From positions 248,374,001 to 248,438,000 of the forward strand of contig NC_086097.1 in the NCBI RefSeq assembly GCF_963921235.1: DNA of 64,000 bases. Direction: 5' to 3'. The notes under the pieces were generated by a model. That model was not told the origin of the DNA, did not search any database, and saw nothing but the letters and a program-made list of their open reading frames with translations. This document shows, piece after piece, positions 15,401 to 27,305 of the stretch. Source of the stretch: Mobula hypostoma. Its lineage: Eukaryota. How positions within the stretch are numbered: the stretch's first letter is position 1; each line of letters opens with the position of its first letter. The position numbers and the translations under genes are program-made.

Positions 15401-18400
15401 GTGTCTGTCAGTACTGGGACAGTGAGAACTATGTCTGTCAGTGCTGAGACAGAGGGAAATGGGTCTGTCAGTGCTGGGACAGAGGGATCTGGGTCTGTCA
15501 CTGCTGGGACAGAGGGAACTGTGTCTGTCAGTGTTGGGACAGAAGGAACTGTGACTGTCAGTGTTGGGACAGTGGGAACTGTGTCTGTCAGTGCTGTGAC
15601 AGTGGGACCTGGTTCTGTCAGTACTGGGACAGTGGGAACTGAGTCTGTCAGTGCCGGGACAGTGGGAACTGTGTCTGAAAATGCTGGGACAGTGGGAACT
15701 GTGTCTGTCAGTGCTGTGACAGAGGGATCTGGGTCTGTCAGTGATGGGACAGAGGGAACTTGGTCTGTCAGTGCAGGGACAGTGGAAACTGTGACTGTCA
15801 GTGCCGGGACAGTGGGAATTGTGGCTGTCAGAGCTGTGCCAGTGGGAACTGGGACTGTCAGTGCTGGGCCGGTGAGAACTGGTTCTGTCAGTACTGGGAC
15901 AGTGGGAACTGTGTCTGTCAGTGCTGGGACAGAGGGAACTGGGTCTGTCAGTACTGGGGCAGTGGGAACTGGGTCTGTCAGTACTGGGACGGTGGGAACT
16001 GGGTCTGTCAGTACTGGGACAGAGGGAACTGGGTCTGTCAGTGCTGGGTCGGTGGGAACTGTGTCCATCAGTGCTGGGTTGGTGGGAACTGTGTCCGTCA
16101 GTGCTGGGACAGAGGGAACTGGGTCTGTCAGTGCTGGGTCAGAGGGATCTGGGTCTGTCAGTGCTGGGACAGTGGGATCTGGGTCTGTCAGTACCGGGAC
16201 AGTGGGAACTGTGTCTGTCAGTGCCGGGACAGTGGGAACTGTGTCTGTCAGTGCTGGGACAGAGGGAACTGGGTCTGTCAGTACTGGGACAGAGGGATCT
16301 GGGTCTGTCAGTACTGGGACAGTGGGAACTGGGTCTGTCAGTACTGGCACAGAGGGATCTGGGTCTGTCAGTACTGGGACAGTGGGAACTGTGTCTGTCA
16401 GTGCTGTGACAGAGGGAACTGGGTCTGTCAGTACTGGGACAGAGGGATCTGGGTCTGTCAGTACTGGGAAGTGGGAACTGGGTCTGTCAGTACTGGCACA
16501 GAGGGAAATGGGTCTGTCAGTACTGGGACAATGGGAACTGTGTCTATCAGTGCTGGGACAATGGGAACTGTGACTGTCAGTGCTGGGGCAGAGGGAACTG
16601 GTTCTGTCAGTACTGGGACAGTGGGAATTGTGTCTGCCAGTGCTGGGACGGTGCGATCTGGGTCTGTCAGTACTGGGACAGTGGGAACTGGGTCTGTCAG
16701 TACTGGGACAGAGGGATCTGGGTCTGTCACTGCTGGGACAGAGGGAACTGAGTCTGTCAGTGCTGGGACGGAGGGAACTGGTTCTGTCAGTACTGGACAG
16801 TGGGAACTGTGTATGTCAGTGCTGGGACAGTGTGATCTGGGTCTGTCAGTACTGGGACAGTGGGAACTGTGTCTGTCAGTGCTGGGTCGGTGGGAACTGT
16901 GTCTGTCAGTGCTGGGACAGTGGGAACTGTGTCTGTCAGTACTGGGACAGTGGGAACTGGCTCTGTCAGTACTGGGACAGAGGGATCTGGGTCTGTCAGT
17001 ACTGGGACAGTGAGAACTGTGCCTGTCAGTGCTGGGACAGTAGGAACTGTGTCTGTCAGTACTGGGACAGTGGGAACTGGGTCTGTCAGTACTGGCACAG
17101 AGGGAAATGGGTCTGTCAGTACTGGGACAATGGGAACTGTGTCTATCAGTGCTGGGACAATGGGAACTGTGACTGTCAGTGCTGGGGCAGAGGGAACTGG
17201 TTCTGTCAGTACTGGGACAGTGGGAATTGTGTCTGTCAGTGCTGGGACCGTGCGATCTGGGTCTGTCAGTACTGGGACAGTGGGAACTGGGTCTGTCAGT
17301 ACTGGGACAGAGGGATCTGGGTCTGTCACTGCTGGGACAGAGGGAACTGAGTCTGTCAGTGCTGGGATGGTGAGAACTGGGTCTGTCAGTGCTGGGATGG
17401 TGAGAACTGGTTCTGTCAGTACTGGGACAGTGCGAACTGTGTCTGTCAGTGCTGGGACGGAGGGAACTGGTTCTGTCAGTACTGGACAGTGGGAACTGTG
17501 TATGTCAGTGCTGGGACAGTGTGATCTGGGTCTGTCAGTACTGGGACAGTGGGAACTGTGTCTGTCAGTGCTGGGTCGGTGGGAACTGGCTCTGTCAGTA
17601 CTGGGACAGAGGGATCTGGGTCTGTCAGTACTGGGACAGTGAGAACTGTGCCTGTCAGTGCTGGGACAGTGTGATCTGGGTCTGTCAGTGCTGGGACAGT
17701 GGGAACTGTGTCTGTCAGTACTGGGACAGTGGGAACTGGCTCTGTCAGTACTGGGACAGAGGGATCTGGGTCTGTCAGTACTGGGACAGTGAGAACTGTG
17801 CCTGTCAGTGCTGGGACAGTAGGAACTGTGTCTGTCAGTACTGGGACAGTGCGATCTGGGTCTGTCAGTACTGGGACAGTGGGAACTGGTTCTGTCAGTA
17901 CTGGGACAGTGGGAACTGTGTCTGTCAGTGCTGCGCTAGAGGGAACTGTGTCTGTCAGTACTGGGACAGTGCCATCTGGGTCTGTCAGTACTGGGACAGT
18001 GGGAACTGGGTCTGTCAGTGGGAACTGACTCGGTCAATGCTGGGACAGAGGGAACTGGGTCTGTCAGTACTGAGACAGTGGGAACTGGTTCTGTCAGTGC
18101 TGGGTTGGTGGGAACTGTGTCTGTCAGTGCTGGGACAGTGGGAACTGGTTCTGTCAGTACTAGGACAGTGGGAACTGTGTCAGTGCTGTGACAGTGGGAA
18201 CTGTGTCTGTCAGTACTGGGACAGAGGGATCTGGGTCTGTCAGTGCTGGGACAGTGGGAACTGGGTCTGTCAGTGCCAGGACAGTGGGAACTGTGTCTGT
18301 CAGTGCTGGAGCAGTGGGAACTGTGTCTGTCAGTACTGGGACAGTGAGAACTATGTCTGTCAGTGCTGAGACAGAGAGAATTGGGTCTGTCAGTGCAGGG

Positions 18401-21400
18401 ACAGTGGAAACTGTGTCTGTCAGTGCTGGGCCAGTGGGAACTGGGGCTGTCAGTGCTGAGACATTGGGAACTGGGTCCGTCAGTGCTGGGATGGTGAGAA
18501 CTGGTTCTGTCAGTACTGGGACAGTGGGAACTGTGTCTGTCAGTGCTGGAGCAGTGGGAACTGGTTCTGTTAGTACTGGGACAGTGGGAACTGGGTCTGT
18601 CAGTGCTGGGACAGAGGGAACTGGGTCTGTCAGTGCTGGGACAGAGGGAATTGGGTCTGTCAGTGCAGGGACAGTGGAAACTGTGACTGTCAGTGCCAGG
18701 GCAGTGGGAACTGTGTCTGTCAGTACTGGGACAGTGAGAACTGTGTCTGTCAGTGCTGGGACAGAGGGAAATCGATCTGTCAGTACTGGGACAGAGGGAT
18801 CTGGGTCTGTCAGTACTGGGACAGTGCGATCTGGGTCTGTCAGTACTGGGACAGTGGGATCTGGGTCTGTCAGTACTGGGACAGTGAGAACTGTGCCTGT
18901 CAGTGCTGGGACAGTAGGAACTGTGTCTGTCAGTACTGGGACAGTGCGATCTGAGTCTGTCAGTACTGGGACAGTGGGAACTGGTTCTGTCAGTATTGGG
19001 ACAGTGGGAACTGTGTCTGTCAGTGCTGGGCCAGAGGGAACTGTGTCTGTCAGTACTGGGACAGTGCCATCTGGGTCTGTCAGTACTGGGACAGTGGGAA
19101 CTGGGTCTTTCAGTGCTGGGTCGGTGGGAACTGACTCTGTCAATGCTGGGACAGAGTGAACTGGGTCTGTCAGTGCTGGGTCGGAGGGAACTGGGTCTGT
19201 CAGTGCTGGGTTGGTGGGAACTGTGTCTGTCAGTGCTGGGACAGAGGGAATTGGGTCTGTCAGTGCAGGGACAGCGGGAACTGTGTCTGTCAGTGCTGTG
19301 ACAGTGGGAACTGTGTCTGTCAGTACTGGGACAGAGGGATCTGGGTCTGTCAGTGCTGGGACAGTGGGAACTGGGTCTGTCAGTGCCGGGACAGTGGGAA
19401 CTGTGTCTGTCAGTACTGGGACAGTGAGAACTATGTCTGTCAGTGCTGGGACAGAGAGAATTGGGTCTGTCAGTGCAGGGACAGTGGAAACTGTGTCTGT
19501 CAGTGCTGGGCCAGTGGGAACTGGGGCTGTCAGTGCTGAGACATTGGGAACTGGGTCCGTCAGTGCTGGGATGGTGAGAACTGGTTCTGTCAGTACTGGG
19601 ACAGTGGGAACTGTGTCTGTCAGTGCTGGAGCAGTGGGAACTGGTTCTGTTAGTACTGGGACAGTGGGAACTGTGTCTGTCAGTGCTGGGACAGAGGGAA
19701 TTGGGTCTGTCAGTGCAGGGACAGTGGAAACTGTGACTGTCAGTGCCAGGGCAGTGGGAACTGTGTCTGTCAGTACTGGGACAGTGAGAACTGTGTCTGT
19801 CAGTGCTGGAACAGAGGGAAATCGATCTGTCAGTACTGGGACAGAGGGATCTGGGTCTGTCAGTACTGGGACAGTGCGATCTGGGTCTGTCAGTACTGGG
19901 ACAGTGGGATCTGGGTCTGTCAGTACTGGGACAGAGGGATCTGGGTCTGTCAGTACTGGGACAGTGAGAACTGTGCCTGTCAGTGCTGGGACAGTAGGAA
20001 CTGTGTTTGTCAGTACTGGGACAGTGCGATCTGGGTCTGTCAGTACTGGGACAGTGGGAACTGGTTCTGTCAGTACTGGGACAGTGGGAACTGTGTCTGT
20101 CAGTACTGGGACAGTGCCATCTGGGTCTGTCAGTACTGGGACAGTGGGAACTGGGTCTGTTAGTGCTGGGTCGGTGGGAACTGACTCTGTCAATGCTGGG
20201 ACAGAGGGAACTGGTTCTGTCAGTGCTGGGAGAGTGGGAACTGTGTCTGTCGGTGCTGGGACAGTGGGAACTGGGTCTGTCAGTGCTGGAGCAGTGGGAA
20301 CTGTGTCTGTCAGTGCTGTGACAGTGGGAACTGTGTCTGTCAGTACTGGGACAGAGGGATCTGGGTCTGTCAGTGCTGGGACAGTGGGAACTGGGTCTGT
20401 CAGTGCCGGGACAGTGGGAACTGTGTCTGTCAGTGCTGGAGCAGTGGGAACTGTGTCTGTCAGTACTGGGACAGTGAGAACTATGTCTGTCAGTGCTGGG
20501 ACAGAGAGAATTGGGTCTGTCAGTGCAGGGACAGTGGAAACTGTGTCTGTCAGTGCTGGGCCAGTGGGAACTGGGGCTGTCAGTGCTGAGACATTGGGAA
20601 CTGGGTCCGTCAGTGCTGGGATGGTGAGAACTGGTTCTGTCAGTACTGGGACAGTGGGAACTGTGTCTGTCAGTGCTGGAGCAGTGGGAACTGGTTCTGT
20701 TAGTACTGGGACAGTGGGAACTGTGTCTGTCAGTGCTGGGATAGAGGGAATTGGGTCTGTCAGTGCAGGGACAGTGGAAACTGTGACTGTCAGTGCCAGG
20801 GCAGTGGGAACTGTGTCTGTCAGTACTGGGACAGTGAGAACTGTGTCTGTCAGTGCTGGAACAGAGGGAAATCGATCTGTCAGTACTGGGACAGAGGGAT
20901 CTGGGTCTGTCAGTACTGGGACAGTGCGATCTGGGTCTGTCAGTACTGGGACAGTGGGATCTGGGTCTGTCAGTACTGGGACAGAGGGATCTGGGTCTGT
21001 CAGTACTGGGACAGTGAGAACTGTGCCTGTCAGTGCTGGGACAGTAGGAACTGTGTTTGTCAGTACTGGGACAGTGCGATCTGGGTCTGTCAGTACTGGG
21101 ACAGTGGGAACTGGTTCTGTCAGTACTGGGACAGTGGGAACTGTGTCTGTCAGTACTGGGACAGTGCCATCTGGGTCTGTCAGTACTGGGACAGTGGGAA
21201 CTGGGTCTGTTAGTGCTGGGTCGGTGGGAACTGACTCTGTCAATGCTGGGACAGAGGGAACTGGTTCTGTCAGTGCTGGGAGAGTGGGAACTGTGTCTGT
21301 CAGTGCTGGGACAGTGGGAACTGGGTCTGTCAGTGCCAGGACAGTGGGAACTGTGTCTGTCAGTGCTGGAGCAGTGGGAACTGTGTCTGTCAGTACTGGG

Positions 21401-22660
21401 ACAGTGAGAACTATGTCTGTCAGTGCTGGGACAGAGAGAATTGGGTCTGTCAGTGCAGGGACAGTGGAAACTGTGTCTGTCAGTGCTGGGCCAGTGGGAA
21501 CTGGGGCTGTCAGTGCTGAGACATTGGGAACTGGGTCCGTCAGTGCTGTGATGGTGAGAACTGGTTCTGTCAGTACTGGGACAGTGGGAACTGTGTCTGT
21601 CAGTGCTGGAGCAGTGGGAACTGGTTCTGTTAGTACTGGGACAGTGGGAACTGGGTCTGTCAGTGCTGGGACAGAGGGAACTGGGTCTGTCAGTGCTGGG
21701 ACAGTGGAAACTGTGACTGTCAGTGCCAGGGCAGTGGGAACTGTGTCTATCAGTACTGGGACAGTGAGAACTATGTCTGTCAGTGCTGGGACAGAGGAAA
21801 ATCGATCTGTCAGTACTGGGACAGAGGGATCTGGGTCTGTCAGTACTGGGACAGTGGGATCTGGGTCTGTCAGTGCTGGGACAGTGGGAACTGGGTCTGT
21901 CAGTGCTGTGACAGTGGGAACTGTGTCTGTCAGTGCTGGGACGGAGGGAACTGTGTTTGTCAGTACTGGGACAGAGGGAAATGGATCTGTCAGTACTGGG
22001 ACAGTGGGAACTGTGTCTGTCCGTGCTGGGACAGTGCGATCTGGGTCTGTCAGTACTGGGACAGTGGGAACTGGGTCTGTCAGTGCTGGGACAGAGGGAA
22101 CTGGGTCTGTCAGTGCTGTGTCAGTGGGAACTGGTTCTATCACTGCTGGGACAGAGGGAACTGGTTCTGAAAGGAATGGGACAGTGGGAACTGGGTCTGT
22201 CAGTGCTGGGTCGGTGGGAACTGTGTCTGTCAATGCTGGGACAGAGGGAACTGTGTCTGTCAGTACTGGGACAGAGGGAACTGGGTCTGTCAATGCTGGG
22301 ACAGAGGGAACTGGGTCTGTCAATGCTGGGACAGTGGGAACTGGTTCTGTCAGTACTGGGACAGTGGGAACTGGTTCTGTCAGTGCTGGGAGAGTGGGAA
22401 CTGGTTCTGTCAGTGCTGGGAGAGTGGGAACTGTGTCTGTCAGTGCTGGGACAGTGAGAACTGTGTCTGTCGGTACTGGGACAGTGGGAACTGGTTCTGT
22501 CAGTGCTGGGAGAGTGGGAACTGGTTCTGCCAGTGCTGGGAGAGTGGGAACTGGGTCTGTCAGTGCTGGGTCAGTGGGAACTGTGTCTGTCAATGCTGGG
22601 ACAGTGGGAACTGGTTCTGTCGGTACTGGGACAGTGGGAACAGTGTTCGTCAGTGCCAGG
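417..22660. repeat. ~22-kb tandem array of a 30-bp unit (consensus TCTGTCAGTRCTGGGACAGWGGGAWCTGKG), ~740 copies, intronic in AMPH
   Basis: Continuous 30-nt periodicity is visible line by line. Variant blocks recur at offsets of 840, 1050, 2445 and 4108 bp. Units degenerate at both ends. Confidence 0.98.
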
Positions 22661-22874
22661 ATAGTTGGAGCTTAGAAATTTGGTGCTGATATATTGTTAG
22701 CTGGGAGCATTGGTGTTGGGAAATTGATGCATCAGTGTAGGATCCATCTGGTTGTAGCAAATGTGACTGACCTTAGTATGATCTTCATTAAAACATGTAG
22801 ACCTATTTTGTGATGTTCCACTGGAGACAAAACTAAAGTATATTTCAATTGTTTCTCCTTCTTGCTTCACATAG

Positions 22875-22985
22875 CCGGAACAACCTGCCACACAGCCGGG
22901 CGAGTCTCTGCTTGACATGGACTTCGATCCTTTCAAACCTGACCAGACCAGTACAGCAACGCAAAGTCAGTCACCACACGCTCAG
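22875..22985 (+). CDS. AMPH: Amphiphysin exon with clathrin box and DPF motif (PEQPATQPGESLLDMDFDPFKPDQTSTATQSQSPHAQ)
   Basis: Pyrimidine tract plus atag acceptor and cag|gtctgt donor; 111 nt, phase 0. Matches the amphiphysin LLDLDFDPFKP...SPMSQ segment. Confidence 0.92.
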
Positions 22986-24321
22986 GTCTGTGTGTTATAG
23001 AGATTTCATGTTCCCTTGTAAGAAGTGAAAATACAACTACTCATATTGACTGGGCTGGGATTTGTGACGGGATGCTTGGAAGTGTGGGATTTTCTGTGTG
23101 GCGTCAATTTTGACTTCATAGTGTGTGTGATATTTCCCATGGGTGAATGCCTCAGTTGTTGGCCGGCAGAGGTGTGGGCAGCCTGATTAACTTTATCAGA
23201 ATCAGATTTATCATCATTGAGGTTCAATATGTCATGAATAGGGTGGTGGAGTGGAGATACATCTCTACCAAAGGAGGTGTAAGGCACCCCTTCCCTCATT
23301 AGCCTGCAGGTCACCCTTGGTCAAATGTAGTACCTGTGCAGCCCTCCCCGATCAGGGTCACGTGAAGCCACGGGAGCAGGTGATGGATGGCCGTCTGAGC
23401 AGCCAGTGCAGATCACAAGTCCTGGTTATGCCACCACTTACACCAGGCAGACAATCTCTGACGAGTATTGATAATGTCTGAGGGTCACCCCTCTTGTAAA
23501 GACACTGCCCAGAAGAAGGCGATGGCAAACCACTTATGTAAAAAAAATTTACCAAAAACAATCATGGTCATGAGAGTGTGATTGCCTATATCATGTAACA
23601 TAGCACATACTGCCGAGGATAAAATGAATTTTGTTGTTTTGAGGCAGAAGTACAGTGAAATATTATGATTTACAATAAGAAGTATAAAAATATAAATAAG
23701 TAGTGTAAAGACAATAAGAGTGAGGTAGTATTTATGGGTTCACTGGCCAGTCAGAAATCCAAAGCGGAAGGCAAGGAACTGCTCTTAAAATGAGTGTAGG
23801 TCTTCAGCCTCCTGCACCTCCCTATTGATGGTAGTAATGAGAAGAGGGCACATTCCTTGCAAGGTCCTTTGTTAGGAATTGGAAAAAACTGCAGAGGGTT
23901 GCAAACTCAACCAGCTTCATCACGGGCACGATCGAGGACATTTTCAAAAGGTGATGACTCAGGAAGGAGACATCCATCATTAAGATCTTCACCACCCAGG
24001 ACATCCAGCTGTAGGGTACCTGAAATGAGAAGAAGTATAAGAATTGTGTTCTATTGAGGATTCTGCCTGGACAAGAGAGCCTGAGTTATGGGGAGAGGTT
24101 GGCTGTCTGGGATCTGTATTTCCTTGAGAGCAGGAGAATGAGGGGTGACCTCACAGGAACTTTTAAGAATCATGACAGGTGTGGATAAGGTGGATAGTCA
24201 TAGTCTTTTTCCCCAGGGCAAAACCAGGGGACACATATTTATGATGAGATAAATTCAAAAAGAGACCTGATAGGTGATCTTTTAACTCAAAGGATAGTGA
24301 GTACTCAGAGGACGGTACCAT

Positions 24322-24769
24322 TATCATGGAAAAACAGACGGTATACCGCATACAAATAAACAATTCAGCTTTATAGTTCTTAATTTGACTGAAGGGTTAG
24401 TAAAGAAAAGGGCCCATTTTAATGAAACAGTCTAATGTGCACAAGTTGGAGCTCACGGTTTCCCCTTCGCTGATCCTCCTTCGATCTCATTCCGGGCTTC
24501 GTCGAATCATGGCGCTGCTCTGGGTCGAATCCTACGACCTCTTCTCTCTGGTGTCTTCTCTCTTCATCTCCTTGACAAAAGCCCCAAGCCCAACCTTAGA
24601 GTCCCTTGCCTGACAAACCTCCCCTGAATCCGGCCATCCGTATTGGATGACACACAATCCTCCTGTCTCTTATCTTCAACAGTAACCCAAACAAACAGCT
24701 TGCACAGAACAGCACAAAAATCAAATACAGACCAGCATAACAGTAAAAAATATGAACCAGGGCATTACA
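24322..24769 (-). mobile_element. Possible solo LTR inserted in a CR1 remnant
   Basis: Minus strand begins TGTAAT and interrupts CR1-like sequence (24050-24310 / 24770-24890). No TSD confirmed. Confidence 0.3.
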
Positions 24770-25420
24770 GGTGCATGGAGGGGAGAGGCCTTGAGGGTTA
24801 TGGACTGAACACAGGCAACTGGGACTAGCAGTGAGGATGCTGTGGTCAGCATGATCCAGTGGAGCTGAAAGACCTGTTTTTGTGCTCTGTGGATCATTGT
24901 TTATTGCCAGTGCTCCGTCATGTCTGACGAGGACATGAAACCATTGCACTGGGGCAATTCCACTCTCTCGACCGCAGGTGAAATCTGGGTCCAGTCGTAC
25001 AAACCAGGGTCACAAACTGGGGTCTTCCTTAGTTGCAGTGGATGACCATGAGGTCTTCTGTGCTTCGTCGTGCCCTTCACTCTCCACAGAGAATTGCAAT
25101 ACCATCTTCCCAGCTGTTGGATCTCATTCACCAATTCGCTAGAGCTGACCTTGCATGCTGGGACAGGCATGTCCCTGTCTCACTGGGTACGAGGCTGCTG
25201 CCTGCCCTCACCTGGTTTAGCCTGCCTGTTGAAGCAGAATAGTTGTTTATTGATTATTTATTAAATAAATAAATAGTAAAATTGAGAATTACAATTACCC
25301 AGCTGCAGTAAATACTGGAAGTTTAATTATTAATGCTATAAATGGAGAAATGTAATATGTGTGATTTCAACAGAACTATTACTACAGTTTTAATAATGTT
25401 CTTTTTTTCATCTTTTTTAG

Positions 25421-25444
25421 ACTCTTCCTTGGGATCTGTGGGAG
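25421..25444 (+). CDS. AMPH: Amphiphysin W-box microexon (TLPWDLWE)
   Basis: ctttttttcatcttttttag acceptor and gag|gtagga donor; 24 nt. PWDLW is the known amphiphysin clathrin W-box. Confidence 0.93.
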
Positions 25445-25789
25445 GTAGGAACAAGATATTTTCCATCTGAAATCAAATTCATCTTTAGGTTTATTCACTC
25501 TTGAGGATGGTTTCACTGAGGGATTTTGTCAGAGTAGCTTCTCAGATAGCATCAGATTCAATCGGTCAAGGTATCGAAGCAGAATGACAGGCTGGATTGC
25601 CAGGAACTCTACCATCAATTTGCTGGGCAAGTCGCTCAGGGTTGTGGGCTACAGATGTGTATTTTTGCGTGACTGTTTTCTTTCTCATTATTTTAAATGT
25701 GCTGAGAATGTTTTGCACCTTAACCCTGAGGAATACTGTTTCAGTCAGCTGTATCCAGGTGTTGTTGAATGATAATTAAACTTGATTTG

Positions 25790-26640
25790 ATTTGTATTGA
25801 GCGCTGCAGGAGTTGAGATGTTGTATTGAAGTTGTATGAGACATTGGCGAGGCCAAATTTGGAGTGTTGTGAACTGTTCTGGTCACCTAGCTGCAGGAAA
25901 GATATCAATAAGATTGAAAGACTACAGAGAAAATTTACAAGGATGTTGCCAGGACTTGAAGACCTGAGTCACAGTATAGGGAAAGTTTGAACAGGTTAGG
26001 CAAACACGAGGAAATCTGCAGATGCTGGAATTTCAAGCAACACACACAAAAGTTGCTGGTGAACACAGCAGGCCAGGCAGCATCTATAGGAAGAGGTACA
26101 GTCGACGTTTCGGGCCGAGACCCTTTGTTAGGACTAGTCCTGACAAAGGGTCTCGGCCCGAAACGTCAACTGTACCTCTTCCTAGAGATGCTGCCTGGCC
26201 TGCTGTGTTCACCAGCAACTTGAATAGGTAAGGACTTCATTCCCTGAAGCGTAGTAGAATGAGGAGGGAATTGATAGAAATATACAAAATTATGAGGGGT
26301 ATAGATAGGGTAAATGTAAGCAGGCTTTTCTCCACCGAGGTTGGGCAACAAGAGGTCATGGGTTAAGGGTGAAAGGTGAAATGTTTAAGGGGAACTTCTT
26401 CACTTAGAAGGTGGTAAGAGAGTGGAACATGCTGCCAATGGAAATGATGGATGTGGGGTCGTTTACATATTCAAGAGAAGTTTGGATAGCTACATGGATG
26501 GAAGGGGTTTGGAGGGGTCTGGGTGCAGCTAGAATAATAGTTCTGTTACTCTAGGGACTGAGACTAGGCAGCGTACTAGTTCAGCACAGACTAGATGGGC
26601 CATATGGCCTTCTTCTGAGCTATAATACTCTATGACTATG
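25790..26640 (+). mobile_element. CR1 LINE 3' fragment, interrupted by the Penelope palindrome
   Basis: RT-tail-like sequence (ggccaaatttggagtgttgtgaactgttctggtcacc) and CR1-type 3' end ctctatgactatg. Confidence 0.75.
26001..26220. mobile_element. Penelope-derived palindromic insert (head-to-head pLTR ends)
   Basis: ~86-bp inverted arms centred on ggactagtcc (26131-26140). Imperfect TSD tgaacaggttagg/tgaataggtaagg; inserted in a CR1 fragment. Confidence 0.8.
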
Positions 26641-26654
26641 ATGCGCAAGAGCAT

Positions 26655-27305
26655 GCTAGATTAGATTAGATTATGAGGGGACACAGTCCTCTTTTATTGT
26701 CATTTAGTAATGCATGCATTAAGAAATGATACAATGTTCCTCCAGAGTGATATCACAGAAACATGGCAAACCGACTTAAAAACTAACAAAAACCACATAA
26801 TGATAACATATAGTTACAACAGTGCAAAGCAATACCGTAACTTGATAAGAACAGACCATGGCACAGTAAAAGTCTCAGAGTCTCTCGAAAGTCCCATCAT
26901 CTCACGCAGACGGTGAACCTCCAGCGCCGCCAACTTGCCGATGCACCATCCTGGAAGCATCCAACCACAGTCTGACTCCGAGTCCATCCGAAAACTCCGA
27001 GCCTCCGACCAGCTCTTCCACACCGAGCACCGAGCACCATCTCTGCCGAGCGCTTCGACCCCGGCCCCGGCAACAGGCAATATGCAAAGCCGAGGATTTG
27101 GGGCCTTCGTCTCCGGAGATTCTCGATTGCACAGTAGCAGCGGCAGCGAAGCAGGCATTTCAGAAGTTTCTCCAGATGTTCCTCCGTGCTTCTCACAGCT
27201 GTCTCCATCAAATCCGGATTGTGCATGGCCCCCTAGTTAACACATACGATATTCATTCGGAACAGCCGCGCGCGCTGCGTCGTGCCGCCATCTTCTCCTC
27301 CCTCC
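26655..27305 (-). mobile_element. Non-autonomous retroelement with CpG-rich head and (TCTAA)n tail
   Basis: Minus strand starts ggagaagatggcggc and ends aataaaag...(taatc)n. Confidence 0.55.

Noticed and set aside
417..22660. CRISPR-like array (palindromic ~30-bp repeats)
   Set aside because: No unique spacers and no cas genes; vertebrate intronic context.
417..22660. Functional V(D)J recombination signal sequences or TCR gene segments
   Set aside because: Only heptamer-like CACAGTT without a 12/23-spaced ACAAAAACC nonamer, and I recognised no V, J or C coding segments in the window.
469..22675. Very long ORFs on both strands (SVSAGTVGTV, PVPTVPVLTD, STDRHSSHCP repeats) suggesting a mucin, adhesin or ice-nucleation-like protein
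   Set aside because: A 30-bp unit without stops gives open frames automatically, and the PVPTVPALTD codons are not one substitution from a stop. The + frame has stops (1239, 6262, 8707, 19157) and recurrent frameshifting indels. No start context, signal peptide or convincing splice sites.
22875..25444. BIN1 (amphiphysin 2) assignment
   Set aside because: FDPFKP, the following ELVQP and FNGFAQ exons and the long acidic linker fit AMPH better, although the BAR and SH3 exons are outside the window.
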